NCBI GenBank assembly: GCA_963676565.1
Contig: OY781089.1
Coordinates: forward strand, 2,272,001 to 2,336,000
Length of the DNA: 64,000 nucleotides
Direction: 5' to 3'
Origin: Halarcobacter sp.
GTDB taxonomy: Bacteria > Campylobacterota > Campylobacteria > Campylobacterales > Arcobacteraceae
Shown: in pieces, positions 48,567-58,233 of the stretch
Layout: every line of letters begins with the position of its first letter
How positions within the stretch are numbered: position 1 is the first letter of the stretch
The notes under the pieces: generated by a model
Databases searched by the model: none
The model's input: the letters and a program-made list of their open reading frames with translations, nothing else
Told to the model about the DNA's origin: nothing
Translations under genes and position numbers: made by a program

Positions 48567-50819
48567 ATGATTCAATCAAAAAAAATGAAAAAACTTAGAT
48601 TATTATTTGTATTTTTACTTTTAATTTTTCTAATTTTATCTTATGTAGTTACAAATTATTCAACAAAAAAATTTGTAAACAATGAATTAAACAATAAAAG
48701 TGATTCCTATTTAAAAGTTTATAAAACTGTTTACAACCAATATAAAGAGATGTCAGAAGTTTTTTGTAGTGGCTTAGTTACAATGAATCAATTAGATGAA
48801 AAATTATTAACCTATCCACAAAGTTCAGAAAATGCTCAAAAAAGCATTAGAGATAAGCTATATAAAAATATACAAAAAAGATATAAAACATTAGAAGAGA
48901 AGCATATTACAAGTATTAATATAGTTTTACCAGATAATACTTTTTTATTAGTAATGAAAAATCCTAAGAGATATAATTTTCAAGCAAGTGAATTAAGAAC
49001 AGATATTAGATATGTAAATAAAACAAATAAACCCTTAGATAGTTTTAGTATTGGAATAAAAGGTAGTGGTTTTAGGTTTTTATACCCAATTTTTCACAAA
49101 GAGAAATATGTTGGATTACTATCTTTTACCTTCGATGCTTCAGCAATAACATCAAGTATAATGAAACAGTATTATGTATTAAGTAATTTTTTTATTAAAG
49201 AGAGTTATTTTACAAATGATTTTTTAAATACTTCAAAGTTATATCAACCATCACATTTTAAAGGCTATTTGAATAATACAAAAGTTTTAAAAGAGCTAAA
49301 AAGTACCACAAGAAAAGATATAAATAATTTAATTTCAACTAAATCTAGTCAAGATAAAATTTATAAAAACTTTTCATCTTTAAATGTAGAAACTATTTAT
49401 GATAAAGAAGCAAATCTTACTGTTACAACTATTCCTATAATAAATAAAATTGATAATACTATTCAAGCTATTCTTACTATTGGAGCAAAAGCAGATTATA
49501 TTACTTCATATCTTTGGATAATGTATTTAATTAATGTCTTGATAATCTTAATAATATGTTTATTATTATATTTATTTTATAAAATCATTAATGAAAAAGA
49601 AGCATTAAAACTTGAAGTTAAGAAAAAGACTTATCAACTTCAAGAAATAAATGATAACTTAGAACATAAAATAGAAAAAAATACCCAAGAATTAAAAGAA
49701 AGAAATAATGAACTTCTTCAGCAAAAGAACTTTTTAAATGCACTAATTGAAACATCGCCTGTACCTTTTTTTATTAAAAATATTGAAGGAAACTATATAA
49801 ATGTAAACAAAGTTTGGTCTGAATTTACAGGTTTTTCAAAAGAAGAAATCTTAAATAAAAGTGTTTATGATGTTGCACCAAAACATATTGCTGATGTTTA
49901 CTATAGTCAAGATTTAAAAGTTTTTAACCTTGAAGAGAATCCTCAAGTTTATGAATCACAGGTTGTAAATAAAAATACTAAAAATATATATGATGTAATT
50001 TTTTATAAATCTGCATTTTTCAATGATGAAGGTGAAGTTGCAGGACTGATTGGAACACTACTTGATTTAACAAAAATCAAAAATCTTGAAGAGGAAAAAA
50101 TAAAAAAAGAAAAATTGATCTTAGAGCAAAGTAAATTTGTACAAATGGGTGATATGATAGGAAATATTGCCCATCAATGGAGACAACCATTAAGTTTGAT
50201 TTCTACTGTTACTTCAGGATTAAAACTTGACTTTGAACTTAATAAAATAGAAAAAGAAAACTCAATAAAAAACTTGCAAACTGTATTAGATACAGTTATT
50301 TACTTATCAGATACAATAAATCAATTTAGCAATTTTATTAAAGAGGATAGAACTTTAACAAAAGTAAAAGTACAAGATAGAATTTTAGAAGTTCTTAAAA
50401 TACTTGAAGCTTCACTAAAAAACAATCATATTAATATAAATTTACAATTAAATGAGGAAACTCCTTTATATGTTGAATTAGTAATAGGACAGTTATCACA
50501 AGTTTTAATTAACATTATCACAAATACTAAAGATGCTTACATTATTAATAAAATAACTACAAATAGAAAAATTGATATTAAAAGTTTTAAAAAAGATAAT
50601 TTTGCTTGTATTACTGTTGAAGATTATGCCGGTGGTATAAAAGAAGATATATTATCACAAATATTTGATCCATATTTTACAACTAAACATCAATATCATG
50701 GAACTGGTTTAGGGCTTTATATTTGTAAAGATATTATAGAAAAGCACTTAAAGGGTAAAATTTATGCGCAAAATACAAATAAAGGTGTTAAATTTACAAT
50801 TAAACTTCACTTAGTTTAA
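48567..50819 (+). CDS. Cache/PAS sensor histidine kinase
   Basis: Two TM helices, PAS, IAHQWRQPL, GTGLGL. Confidence 0.9.
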   Translation: MIQSKKMKKLRLLFVFLLLIFLILSYVVTNYSTKKFVNNELNNKSDSYLKVYKTVYNQYKEMSEVFCSGLVTMNQLDEKLLTYPQSSENAQKSIRDKLYKNIQKRYKTLEEKHITSINIVLPDNTFLLVMKNPKRYNFQASELRTDIRYVNKTNKPLDSFSIGIKGSGFRFLYPIFHKEKYVGLLSFTFDASAITSSIMKQYYVLSNFFIKESYFTNDFLNTSKLYQPSHFKGYLNNTKVLKELKSTTRKDINNLISTKSSQDKIYKNFSSLNVETIYDKEANLTVTTIPIINKIDNTIQAILTIGAKADYITSYLWIMYLINVLIILIICLLLYLFYKIINEKEALKLEVKKKTYQLQEINDNLEHKIEKNTQELKERNNELLQQKNFLNALIETSPVPFFIKNIEGNYINVNKVWSEFTGFSKEEILNKSVYDVAPKHIADVYYSQDLKVFNLEENPQVYESQVVNKNTKNIYDVIFYKSAFFNDEGEVAGLIGTLLDLTKIKNLEEEKIKKEKLILEQSKFVQMGDMIGNIAHQWRQPLSLISTVTSGLKLDFELNKIEKENSIKNLQTVLDTVIYLSDTINQFSNFIKEDRTLTKVKVQDRILEVLKILEASLKNNHININLQLNEETPLYVELVIGQLSQVLINIITNTKDAYIINKITTNRKIDIKSFKKDNFACITVEDYAGGIKEDILSQIFDPYFTTKHQYHGTGLGLYICKDIIEKHLKGKIYAQNTNKGVKFTIKLHLV

Positions 50820-50935
50820 AATTAACTTAATTTTTTTTAATAATCTTAATTAATTGCTTTAAAGGTCAAAATCTCAATCATCTTTTAACAAAGTTTTGGT
50901 AAAATCATCCCTTATTAATAGAATGGAGAAGTATA

Positions 50936-51436
50936 ATGTTCGGAATGGGCTTTATGGAAATATTCTTAATTGCAATTGTTGCAATTATAGCACTAGGACC
51001 AGAGAAATTACCAACAGCTATGGTAGATATAGCTAAATTTTTGAAAAAATTTAAATCAGGTTTAGATGATGCAAAATCAACTTTAGATAATGAACTTAAT
51101 ATTGCAGAGATGAAAGAAGAAGCTGCAAAATATAAAGCACAAATTGAAGAAGCAAAAAATACTCTAAATGTAAAACAAAATCTTAATTTAGGTCTTAATG
51201 AAATTATAAATGAAGATGATAAGCCTTCAAAAGATAATGGAACTAAAAAAGATAAGAGTGAAAAAGAGGAAAAAGTTTCTTTAAAGGAACCAAAAACTAA
51301 AAATGAATCATCATCAAAAGAAAAACCTAAAAAGAAAGAAAAAGAAGAAGTTGAAAAAACTGCTTTAAATGATGATTCAACTGATAAATTTAAAGTAGAA
51401 CTTGAAGAATTTGATGGAACTGAGGAAATTAAATAA
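50936..51436 (+). CDS. tatB: Tat translocase subunit TatB
   Basis: MFGMGFMEI..IA.VAII.LGPEKLP; upstream of tatC. Confidence 0.9.
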   Translation: MFGMGFMEIFLIAIVAIIALGPEKLPTAMVDIAKFLKKFKSGLDDAKSTLDNELNIAEMKEEAAKYKAQIEEAKNTLNVKQNLNLGLNEIINEDDKPSKDNGTKKDKSEKEEKVSLKEPKTKNESSSKEKPKKKEKEEVEKTALNDDSTDKFKVELEEFDGTEEIK

Positions 51437-52170
51437 TGTTAGAAGATTTAAAACCCCATATAGCAGACCTTAGAAAAAGATTAATAAATTCTACACTTTG
51501 TTTAATAGTCGCATTTTTTGCATGTTTTTTCTTTTATGAACCAATTTTAGAATGGATGATGGTTCCAGTAGAAGCTGCCCTTCCAGCAAATACTCAAATG
51601 ATTGCTGTTGAAATTCAAGAAACTTTCTTCACAGCTTTAAAAGTTGCATTTTTCTCTGGATTCATTCTTTCATTACCAGTAATATTTTGGCAAATGTGGC
51701 TTTTCTTAGCACCAGGGTTATACGACCATGAGAAAAAATTGGTTTTTCCATTTGTTTTCTTTGCAACATTAATGTTTCTAACTGGTGCTGCCTTTGCGTA
51801 TTATGTTGTTGTACCATTTGGTTTTGAGTTTTTAATTAATTTTGGTTCTGCTGTGGTTACAGTATTACCAAGTATTGGTAAATATGTAGGGTTCTTTACA
51901 AAGCTATTATTTGGTTTTGGTATTGCCTTTGAGTTACCAGTTATTACTTTCTTTTTAGCAAAAATAGGTTTAGTTGATGACCAAATGTTAAAAGACTATT
52001 TTAAATATGCAGTTGTTATTATATTTATTGTTGCATCTTTATTAACGCCACCTGATGTATTAACTCAATTTTTAATGGCTGGTCCATTAATTTTCCTTTA
52101 TATCGTATCTATTTATATTGCAAAAGTTTTCAACCCAGCAGTTAAAGATGATCAAGATGAAGAGGAATAA
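51436..52170 (+). CDS. tatC: Tat translocase subunit TatC
   Basis: HIADLRKRL, FLAPGLY..E, FELP, LTPPD. Confidence 0.95.
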   Translation: MLEDLKPHIADLRKRLINSTLCLIVAFFACFFFYEPILEWMMVPVEAALPANTQMIAVEIQETFFTALKVAFFSGFILSLPVIFWQMWLFLAPGLYDHEKKLVFPFVFFATLMFLTGAAFAYYVVVPFGFEFLINFGSAVVTVLPSIGKYVGFFTKLLFGFGIAFELPVITFFLAKIGLVDDQMLKDYFKYAVVIIFIVASLLTPPDVLTQFLMAGPLIFLYIVSIYIAKVFNPAVKDDQDEEE

Positions 52171-53197
52171 CAATATTTTAGACCCACTTAAAACTTCAAG
52201 CTATGATTACTCTTTACCTAAAGAGCTCATAGCTACACATCCTGTCCATCCCGCTGATAGTGCTAGACTATTAGTTTATAATAGAAAAACAGACTCTATA
52301 ACCCACACAACTTTTAAAAATCTTATGGAGTATTTACCTGAAGATATTTCTGTTTTTTTAAATGATACAAAGGTTATAAAAGCAAGGATTTATGGTTCAA
52401 AAGAATCTGGTGGAAAGGTTGAATTATTATTTAATAAACCTTTATTTATGGATAGATATTTAGTGATGATTAGAGGAAAAGTAAAAGTTGGAAATAAACT
52501 TTTCTTTGATAAAAATCTATGTGCTGAAGTTTTAGAAGTGAACGATGATGGAAGTAGAGTTGTAAACTTTTTTCAAGGTGAAAATAAATTAGATTTTCTT
52601 TCTTTAGTGGAGATTTTAAATGAGATTGGACACCTACCCCTTCCTCCTTATATGAATAGAGAAGATGAAGAGAAAGATAATCAAGATTACCAAACACTCT
52701 TTGCTAAAAACTATGGAGCTGTAGCTGCTCCAACTGCATCTTTACATTTTACGCAAGAATTATTAGAAAAAATCAATAATAAGTATCCAGTTAACTATTT
52801 AACACTTCATGTAGGAGCTGGAACTTTTAAACCTGTTGATGCAGAAGATATTCTATCACATCCTATGCATAGTGAATATTTTGAGATAGGGATTGAAGCA
52901 AAAAAAGCTTTAGATGAAGCAAACAAAACTTTAGCAGTAGGAACAACAGTTACAAGAACTGTTGAATACTATGCTAGAACAAATAAAATTCAAGGGGAAT
53001 GTGATTTATTTTTAAATCCATCAAATACACCTATTAAAGTTGATCATTTACTTACAAATTTTCACTTACCAAAATCAACTTTAATTATGTTAATTGCGTC
53101 ATTTATAGGCTTAGAAAAAACCCTTGAAGTTTATGAAGAAGCCTTAAGAGAAAAATATAGATTTTATTCATATGGCGACGGAATGTTAATAATTTAA
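52118..53197 (+). CDS. queA: S-adenosylmethionine:tRNA ribosyltransferase-isomerase
   Basis: NDTKVIKAR, PLPPY, AAPTASLHF, TLHVGAGTF, TNFHLPKS, FYSYGD; the true start is probably near the tatC stop. Confidence 0.93.
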   Translation: MQKFSTQQLKMIKMKRNNNILDPLKTSSYDYSLPKELIATHPVHPADSARLLVYNRKTDSITHTTFKNLMEYLPEDISVFLNDTKVIKARIYGSKESGGKVELLFNKPLFMDRYLVMIRGKVKVGNKLFFDKNLCAEVLEVNDDGSRVVNFFQGENKLDFLSLVEILNEIGHLPLPPYMNREDEEKDNQDYQTLFAKNYGAVAAPTASLHFTQELLEKINNKYPVNYLTLHVGAGTFKPVDAEDILSHPMHSEYFEIGIEAKKALDEANKTLAVGTTVTRTVEYYARTNKIQGECDLFLNPSNTPIKVDHLLTNFHLPKSTLIMLIASFIGLEKTLEVYEEALREKYRFYSYGDGMLII

Positions 53198-53215
53198 TTT
53201 TGGAGATATTATAAA

Positions 53216-53956
53216 ATGCCTTTTTATGTACTATTTGATACTGAAACAACAGGAAATACTGAAGAAGATAGAGTTATTCAATTTGGAGCTATGATTTTTA
53301 ATCACAAGGGGGAGATTGAATGTTATGATGAACTATGCTCAAGTGATGTAGAAATTAAACTTGAAGCAATGGAAGTTCATAATATTACCCCAGATTTAAT
53401 TGAAAATAAACCAAAAGCTGTAGAAACTTCTTTTTATAAAAGATTAGAAGAATTAAACTCTGCAGAAAACTATATAATTGCACACAATATAAATTTTGAT
53501 ATGGGAATGATTGAAAAAGAGGGATTTGTAAACTCTTATCAGACTATTGATACTTTAAGATGTGCTAAACATCTTTTCCCTGAAATGCCTTACCACAGAT
53601 TACAATATCTAAGATATGCACTTGAATTATATAAACAAGAGCAAAATGAAGCTGCAAAACACAATATTACGATAAAAGCACATGATGCCATCGGTGATGT
53701 TTTAGTTATGAAATTATTTTTATCTAAACTAGTTGGAAAATGTAGAGAAATTTACCCAGATTATAATCCTATGGAAAAACTTGTAGACCTCACGAGAACC
53801 CCTGTTATGGTTAAAACTTTTAGATTTGGTAAATATAAAGGTAAAGATATTGCTGAAGTAGCTCTTGAAGATCCTAGTTATTTAAATTGGATGAGAAGTT
53901 CAATGGAAAACCTTGATGAAGATTTAAAATATACACTTGATAAAGTTTTAGGTTAA
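53216..53956 (+). CDS. DEDDh 3'-5' exonuclease
   Basis: DTETTG, AHN..FD, AHDA.GD; C-terminal FGKYKG domain. Confidence 0.88.
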   Translation: MPFYVLFDTETTGNTEEDRVIQFGAMIFNHKGEIECYDELCSSDVEIKLEAMEVHNITPDLIENKPKAVETSFYKRLEELNSAENYIIAHNINFDMGMIEKEGFVNSYQTIDTLRCAKHLFPEMPYHRLQYLRYALELYKQEQNEAAKHNITIKAHDAIGDVLVMKLFLSKLVGKCREIYPDYNPMEKLVDLTRTPVMVKTFRFGKYKGKDIAEVALEDPSYLNWMRSSMENLDEDLKYTLDKVLG

Positions 53957-54031
53957 TAACAGCTTTTATTCATATAAATTTCATTTTATTTCACTATAAT
54001 TACATATAAATTTTTTAGATGAGGATTAGTT

Positions 54032-55366
54032 GTGAATAAATTTTCACGTATAGGTTTTATTCTCACAGCTGCAGGTTCAGCTGTTGGGTTGGGTAATATA
54101 TGGAGATTTCCCTATATTACAGGAGAATATGGTGGTGGTGCTTTTATCTTAATCTATTTACTTGCCATATTATTTATTGGTTTAACTGTTTTTCTTGCTG
54201 AAGCAGTTATTGGACAAAATGGACAATCTGATGTTTCTACTTCTTTTGTTGCACTTTCAAAAACAAAAAATAAAAACTGGAAATATGCCGGTTTTATGGT
54301 AGCTACAGGATTAATTATCTTATCATTTTATTCTGTTGTTTTAGGTTGGATTTTAGATTACGTGATTAAATCTTTTTATTCACTTCCTTCTGAAGCTAGT
54401 ATTGCAGGTGCAAACTTTGAAAACTTAATTTCAAATGATATTAGCTCTTTAGTTTTTTACCATACGCTTATAGCAGTAACTGTTATTTTTATTGTTTTAA
54501 AGGGTATAAAAGATGGGATAGAAAAAATAAATCTTATTTTAATGCCATTATTAGGATTAATTTTATTTGGTTTATTAATTTATGCCTTTACTCTAGATTC
54601 TTTTTCTCAAGCTGTATCTTTTATGTTTAGTCCTGATTTTTCAAAAATTGATAGTAATGCTCTGCTTGCAGCTTTAGGACAAGCATTTTTTACTCTATCC
54701 CTTGGAGTTGGAACAATTTTAACCTATTCTGCTTCTTTACCTAAAGATGCGAATATTGTTAAATCATCATTTATAGTAGCCTCTGTTGATACAATAATTG
54801 CTTTAATCGCAGGATTAATAATCTTCACATTTCTTTTTACAGCTGGAGCAAAAAGTGCAGCGGGACCTGGACTTGTATTTATTTCACTTCCTGTAATTTT
54901 TTCTTCTTGGGGAGTATTAGGAAATATTATTGCAGTTTCATTTTTTATTGCTTTAGTATTTGCAGGTATTACTTCTGCTGTATCTATGATAGAACCATCA
55001 CTTAGATTTTTTATTGAAAGATTTAAAATATCTAGAGCAAAAGCAACAATACTTTGTGGAACAATTTTTTATCTTCTAGGTATTATTGCCCTACTTTCAA
55101 TGTCAAAATCTTTTGGTGCAGAACTTACTTTCTTTGGTAAAAATGCCTTTGATATTATGGATTTTACAAGTTCATCAATTATGATGCCTATTGCTGCAAT
55201 TATGATTTGTATCTTCTTGGGTTATTTTGTTGAAAAAAAGATTTTGGAAGAGAAATTCACAAAACATACAAGTCTAACAATATTTAGTATCTGGTACTTT
55301 CTTATTAGATATATAGTTCCCGTTGCAATTATCATATTATTCTTAAATAAATTAGGAGCTATCTAA
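54032..55366 (+). CDS. sodium-dependent transporter (NSS/SNF family)
   Basis: AGSAVGLGNIWRFPY, GQAFFTLSLG, GPGLVF. Confidence 0.92.
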   Translation: MNKFSRIGFILTAAGSAVGLGNIWRFPYITGEYGGGAFILIYLLAILFIGLTVFLAEAVIGQNGQSDVSTSFVALSKTKNKNWKYAGFMVATGLIILSFYSVVLGWILDYVIKSFYSLPSEASIAGANFENLISNDISSLVFYHTLIAVTVIFIVLKGIKDGIEKINLILMPLLGLILFGLLIYAFTLDSFSQAVSFMFSPDFSKIDSNALLAALGQAFFTLSLGVGTILTYSASLPKDANIVKSSFIVASVDTIIALIAGLIIFTFLFTAGAKSAAGPGLVFISLPVIFSSWGVLGNIIAVSFFIALVFAGITSAVSMIEPSLRFFIERFKISRAKATILCGTIFYLLGIIALLSMSKSFGAELTFFGKNAFDIMDFTSSSIMMPIAAIMICIFLGYFVEKKILEEKFTKHTSLTIFSIWYFLIRYIVPVAIIILFLNKLGAI

Positions 55367-56710
55367 ATGAAAACAAACAGTTTTTCAAGAATCGGATTTA
55401 TATTAGCAGCAGCTGGTTCTGCTGTAGGTCTTGGTAACATATGGAAATTTCCATATGTTACAGGAGAAAATGGTGGTGGAGCCTTTGTAATTTTATATAT
55501 ACTAGCAATTACCTTTATTGGACTTTCAATTTTTATTGCAGAATCATATATTGGAAAGGAAGCAAAAGCAAATGCTGCTGCTTCATATGAAGTTATTTCT
55601 AAGACAAAAAATAAAAATTGGAGATGGGCAGGTTTTCAAATCTTTGCAGGTATTATAATTTTATCTTTCTATGCATTTATTATTGGCTGGATTCTTGAGT
55701 ATCTAATTATAAGTGTTACAGGACTTCCAACTACAATAAAAGAAGCCGAAGATACTTTTACAAATCTTATTACGCAAAAAATCGGTACTCAAATATTATT
55801 TCATACCTTAGTTGTTGCAACTATGGTTTTTATTGCTTTGAAGGGTATTAAAGCTGGTATTGAAAAACTTAATTTAATACTTATGCCTTTACTTGCTTTA
55901 ATTTTATTTGGATTATTAATCTATTCTATGAGTCTTGATTCATTTGGTAAAGCAATAAACTTTATGTTTATGCCTGATTGGTCAAAGGTTACTGTTGATT
56001 CTATCTTAGCAGCTATTGGACAAGCATTTTTTACACTATCTCTTGGTATGGGTATTATAATAACTTATTCTGCATCAATGGGAAAAGATACAAACTTTAT
56101 TAAATCATCTGTTTTTGTAGCTGTTGTTGATACTGCTGTTGCATTAGTTGCAGGAATTATTATCTTCTCATTTTTATTTGCTGCTGGAGCTAAAAGTACT
56201 GCTGGTCCAGGACTTGTATTTATCTCTTTACCTTTAATCTTTTCTGAGTGGGGAGTTTTTGGACAGGTTATTGCAGTTGCTTTTTTCTGTGCCTTATTAT
56301 TTGCAGGGATTACGTCAGCTGTTTCTCTAGTTGAGCCATCAGTAAGATATCTAATTGAAAAATTCCAAATGAGTAGAATCAAAGCTGTGTTTTTTACAGC
56401 AACATTTCTTTGGATTCTAGGAATTTTTGCATTATTATCTATGAGTGCTGATTATGGTGAAATATTAACCTTCTTTGGTAAAAGCTTATTTGATCATATG
56501 GATTATCTAACCTCTTCTGTTGCTCTTCCAATCTCTGGTTTTGTAACTTGTATCTTCTTAGGATATTTTGTTGATAAAAATATTTTAAAAACTAAATTTA
56601 CTTCAGTTACTAGTGTAGTTGTATTTAATATTTGGTATACATTAATTAGATATATAGTTCCAATTGCAATTGCTTTACTATTTTTTAATAAACTAGGATT
56701 AATTGGTTAA
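55367..56710 (+). CDS. sodium-dependent transporter (NSS/SNF family), tandem paralog
   Basis: AGSAVGLGNIWKFPY, GQAFFTLSLG, GPGLVF. Confidence 0.92.
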   Translation: MKTNSFSRIGFILAAAGSAVGLGNIWKFPYVTGENGGGAFVILYILAITFIGLSIFIAESYIGKEAKANAAASYEVISKTKNKNWRWAGFQIFAGIIILSFYAFIIGWILEYLIISVTGLPTTIKEAEDTFTNLITQKIGTQILFHTLVVATMVFIALKGIKAGIEKLNLILMPLLALILFGLLIYSMSLDSFGKAINFMFMPDWSKVTVDSILAAIGQAFFTLSLGMGIIITYSASMGKDTNFIKSSVFVAVVDTAVALVAGIIIFSFLFAAGAKSTAGPGLVFISLPLIFSEWGVFGQVIAVAFFCALLFAGITSAVSLVEPSVRYLIEKFQMSRIKAVFFTATFLWILGIFALLSMSADYGEILTFFGKSLFDHMDYLTSSVALPISGFVTCIFLGYFVDKNILKTKFTSVTSVVVFNIWYTLIRYIVPIAIALLFFNKLGLIG

Positions 56711-56720
56711 TATAAAACCA

Positions 56721-56756
56721 TTATCAACTGTGAACTTAAAAGTTTACAGTTGATAA
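56721..56756. terminator. bidirectional hairpin terminator
   Basis: TTATCAACTGTGAACT-taaa-AGTTTACAGTTGATAA between convergent genes. Confidence 0.7.
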
Positions 56757-56761
56757 AACAT

Positions 56762-56959
56762 TTAAAACAAAGCTTTATCTAATCTATAAAGCAACTTATT
56801 TGACTGTTTTTCAATCTTTTCCTGTGTATCTTTTATATCAATAAACATCAAAGCAATAAATAAAACTGCTAATGCACTACCAACTGACCAAAAAACTAAA
56901 CTACCATATAAAAAGTAAAGAATAGTACCTAAAGTGATTGTAAATAAAAAGTTTCCCAT
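56762..56959 (-). CDS. small membrane protein (two TM helices)
   Basis: AAGGA RBS, hydrophobic N-terminal half. Confidence 0.65.
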   Translation of the reverse strand: MGNFLFTITLGTILYFLYGSLVFWSVGSALAVLFIALMFIDIKDTQEKIEKQSNKLLYRLDKALF

Positions 56960-57115
56960 GATGTTTCCTTTTTTTGATTTTAAACATTATGAGGTATAAA
57001 GTAGACAAGATAATGTCCGAAAAATTATAAATTTTTATTTTTTTCCTTTACATTTGATTAATTTTATGTTACTATAAATGAATAAAAGTAATAAAATATA
57101 GTGAAAGGATAGAAA

Positions 57116-57238
57116 ATGAACTATTATTCAATACAACTAAATGGCAATTATATTACTAGTAAAAAAGACTCTAGTAAAATTCTTATTAGCTCAATAGCAA
57201 TAATAAGTGTTATTGTTTTAGTGGTGTCAACATTCTAA
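57116..57238 (+). CDS. 40-aa small protein with a C-terminal TM helix
   Basis: AAAGGA RBS; MNYYSIQLNGNYITSKKDSSKILISSIAIISVIVLVVSTF. Confidence 0.55.
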   Translation: MNYYSIQLNGNYITSKKDSSKILISSIAIISVIVLVVSTF

Positions 57239-57244
57239 GGAATA

Positions 57245-57412
57245 TAAGAGGAGCCATTGGGAAAGTTGAAGCTCCTCTTACAAGTAAAGTAAGTATTATG
57301 ACGCGAATCACACTGAGTATTTTTATTTGGTTTCAATAGGAAATATAGGGACGAGAAACGAACAAATACTTCAGCATCAAATAGTATTAAATATTGGTGA
57401 CTACTTAGTTAC
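57245..57412. ncRNA. candidate structured RNA (10-bp hairpin plus long imperfect rod)
   Basis: TAAGAGGAGC/GCTCCTCTTA; nested TAAGTA/TACTTA, TCAC/GTGA, CTGAGTATTT/AAATACTTCAG, GTTTC/GAAAC. Confidence 0.4.
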
Positions 57413-57427
57413 AAAAAAGAATAAATG

Positions 57428-58111
57428 TTATTCTCTTCTTAAAATTTTATCATTTAGAAAGTTTGCTAAGAAGTTTACTTTAAACTCCTCTTTCATTTTT
57501 TTAAGATTCGCTACTTCTCTTGACCAAGTGATTAAATCTATATTAGGGTTATCTTGTTTATATTTAGTAAATTGTTCAAAATAATAATCGCTTCTACCTG
57601 CTTTTGAGTACTTAACATGTCCAAATGGTAAAAATTTTAATTGATTTGTATCTTTTATATCTCTTTTTTCAATAAAGTATTGGTACAAAGTACAAAAAAT
57701 TCCTGTTCTATCAGCACCTGCTTTACAATGAATCAATGTAGGATTTTCCATCTCTTCTTCCATAATTCTTTTATACTCCAAAAGTTCTTTAGTTGTAGGC
57801 ATCTCCCTTGAACGAATATTTACATTAATAAGTTTTAACCCCAGTTTTCTACACTTTTCCTCTTCAAATAAAAAATATGCACTTTTTCTATTTTCTGATT
57901 TTAAATTAATAACAGTTTTTATTCCATATTTATTTTTTAACTCTTCAAGTTTCTTCATAGTAGGTTGCCCTGAACGATATACGCCATTAGAAACTTTATG
58001 AAAATTAAACCTAAAGTAGTTTGTAAAATTATGGTCTTCAAAAAACATTGAATAAAACCATGCTATCTTTCTATCATATCTATCTTCTAAATCAAATCTA
58101 AGAGTTTGCAT
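57428..58111 (-). CDS. dual-specificity/tyrosine phosphatase family protein
   Basis: YRSGQP, GIKTVINL, HCKAGADRTG. Confidence 0.88.
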   Translation of the reverse strand: MQTLRFDLEDRYDRKIAWFYSMFFEDHNFTNYFRFNFHKVSNGVYRSGQPTMKKLEELKNKYGIKTVINLKSENRKSAYFLFEEEKCRKLGLKLINVNIRSREMPTTKELLEYKRIMEEEMENPTLIHCKAGADRTGIFCTLYQYFIEKRDIKDTNQLKFLPFGHVKYSKAGRSDYYFEQFTKYKQDNPNIDLITWSREVANLKKMKEEFKVNFLANFLNDKILRRE

Positions 58112-58233
58112 ATAATTCCTTCTTAACTAAATCTTTATATTTTAGATTTATATGATTTCATTTTAGCGACAGTAATTAAGAATTTCTAAAAGTATTTCTT
58201 GGCTAAACTTTAAAAAAATAAAATAGGTTTAAT

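Noticed and set aside
1287..56382. Many antisense or overlapping ORFs in the track (e.g. 1287, 2221, 11309, 22092, 29083, 37416, 37746, 42094, 42360, 56065)
   Set aside because: They are shadows of well-supported genes, with no family motifs
54032..56710. Tandem NSS transporters as a recent duplication
   Set aside because: Clearly diverged paralogs, a common arrangement
57327..57584. 85-aa plus-strand ORF
   Set aside because: No RBS, and it overlaps the phosphatase gene antisense
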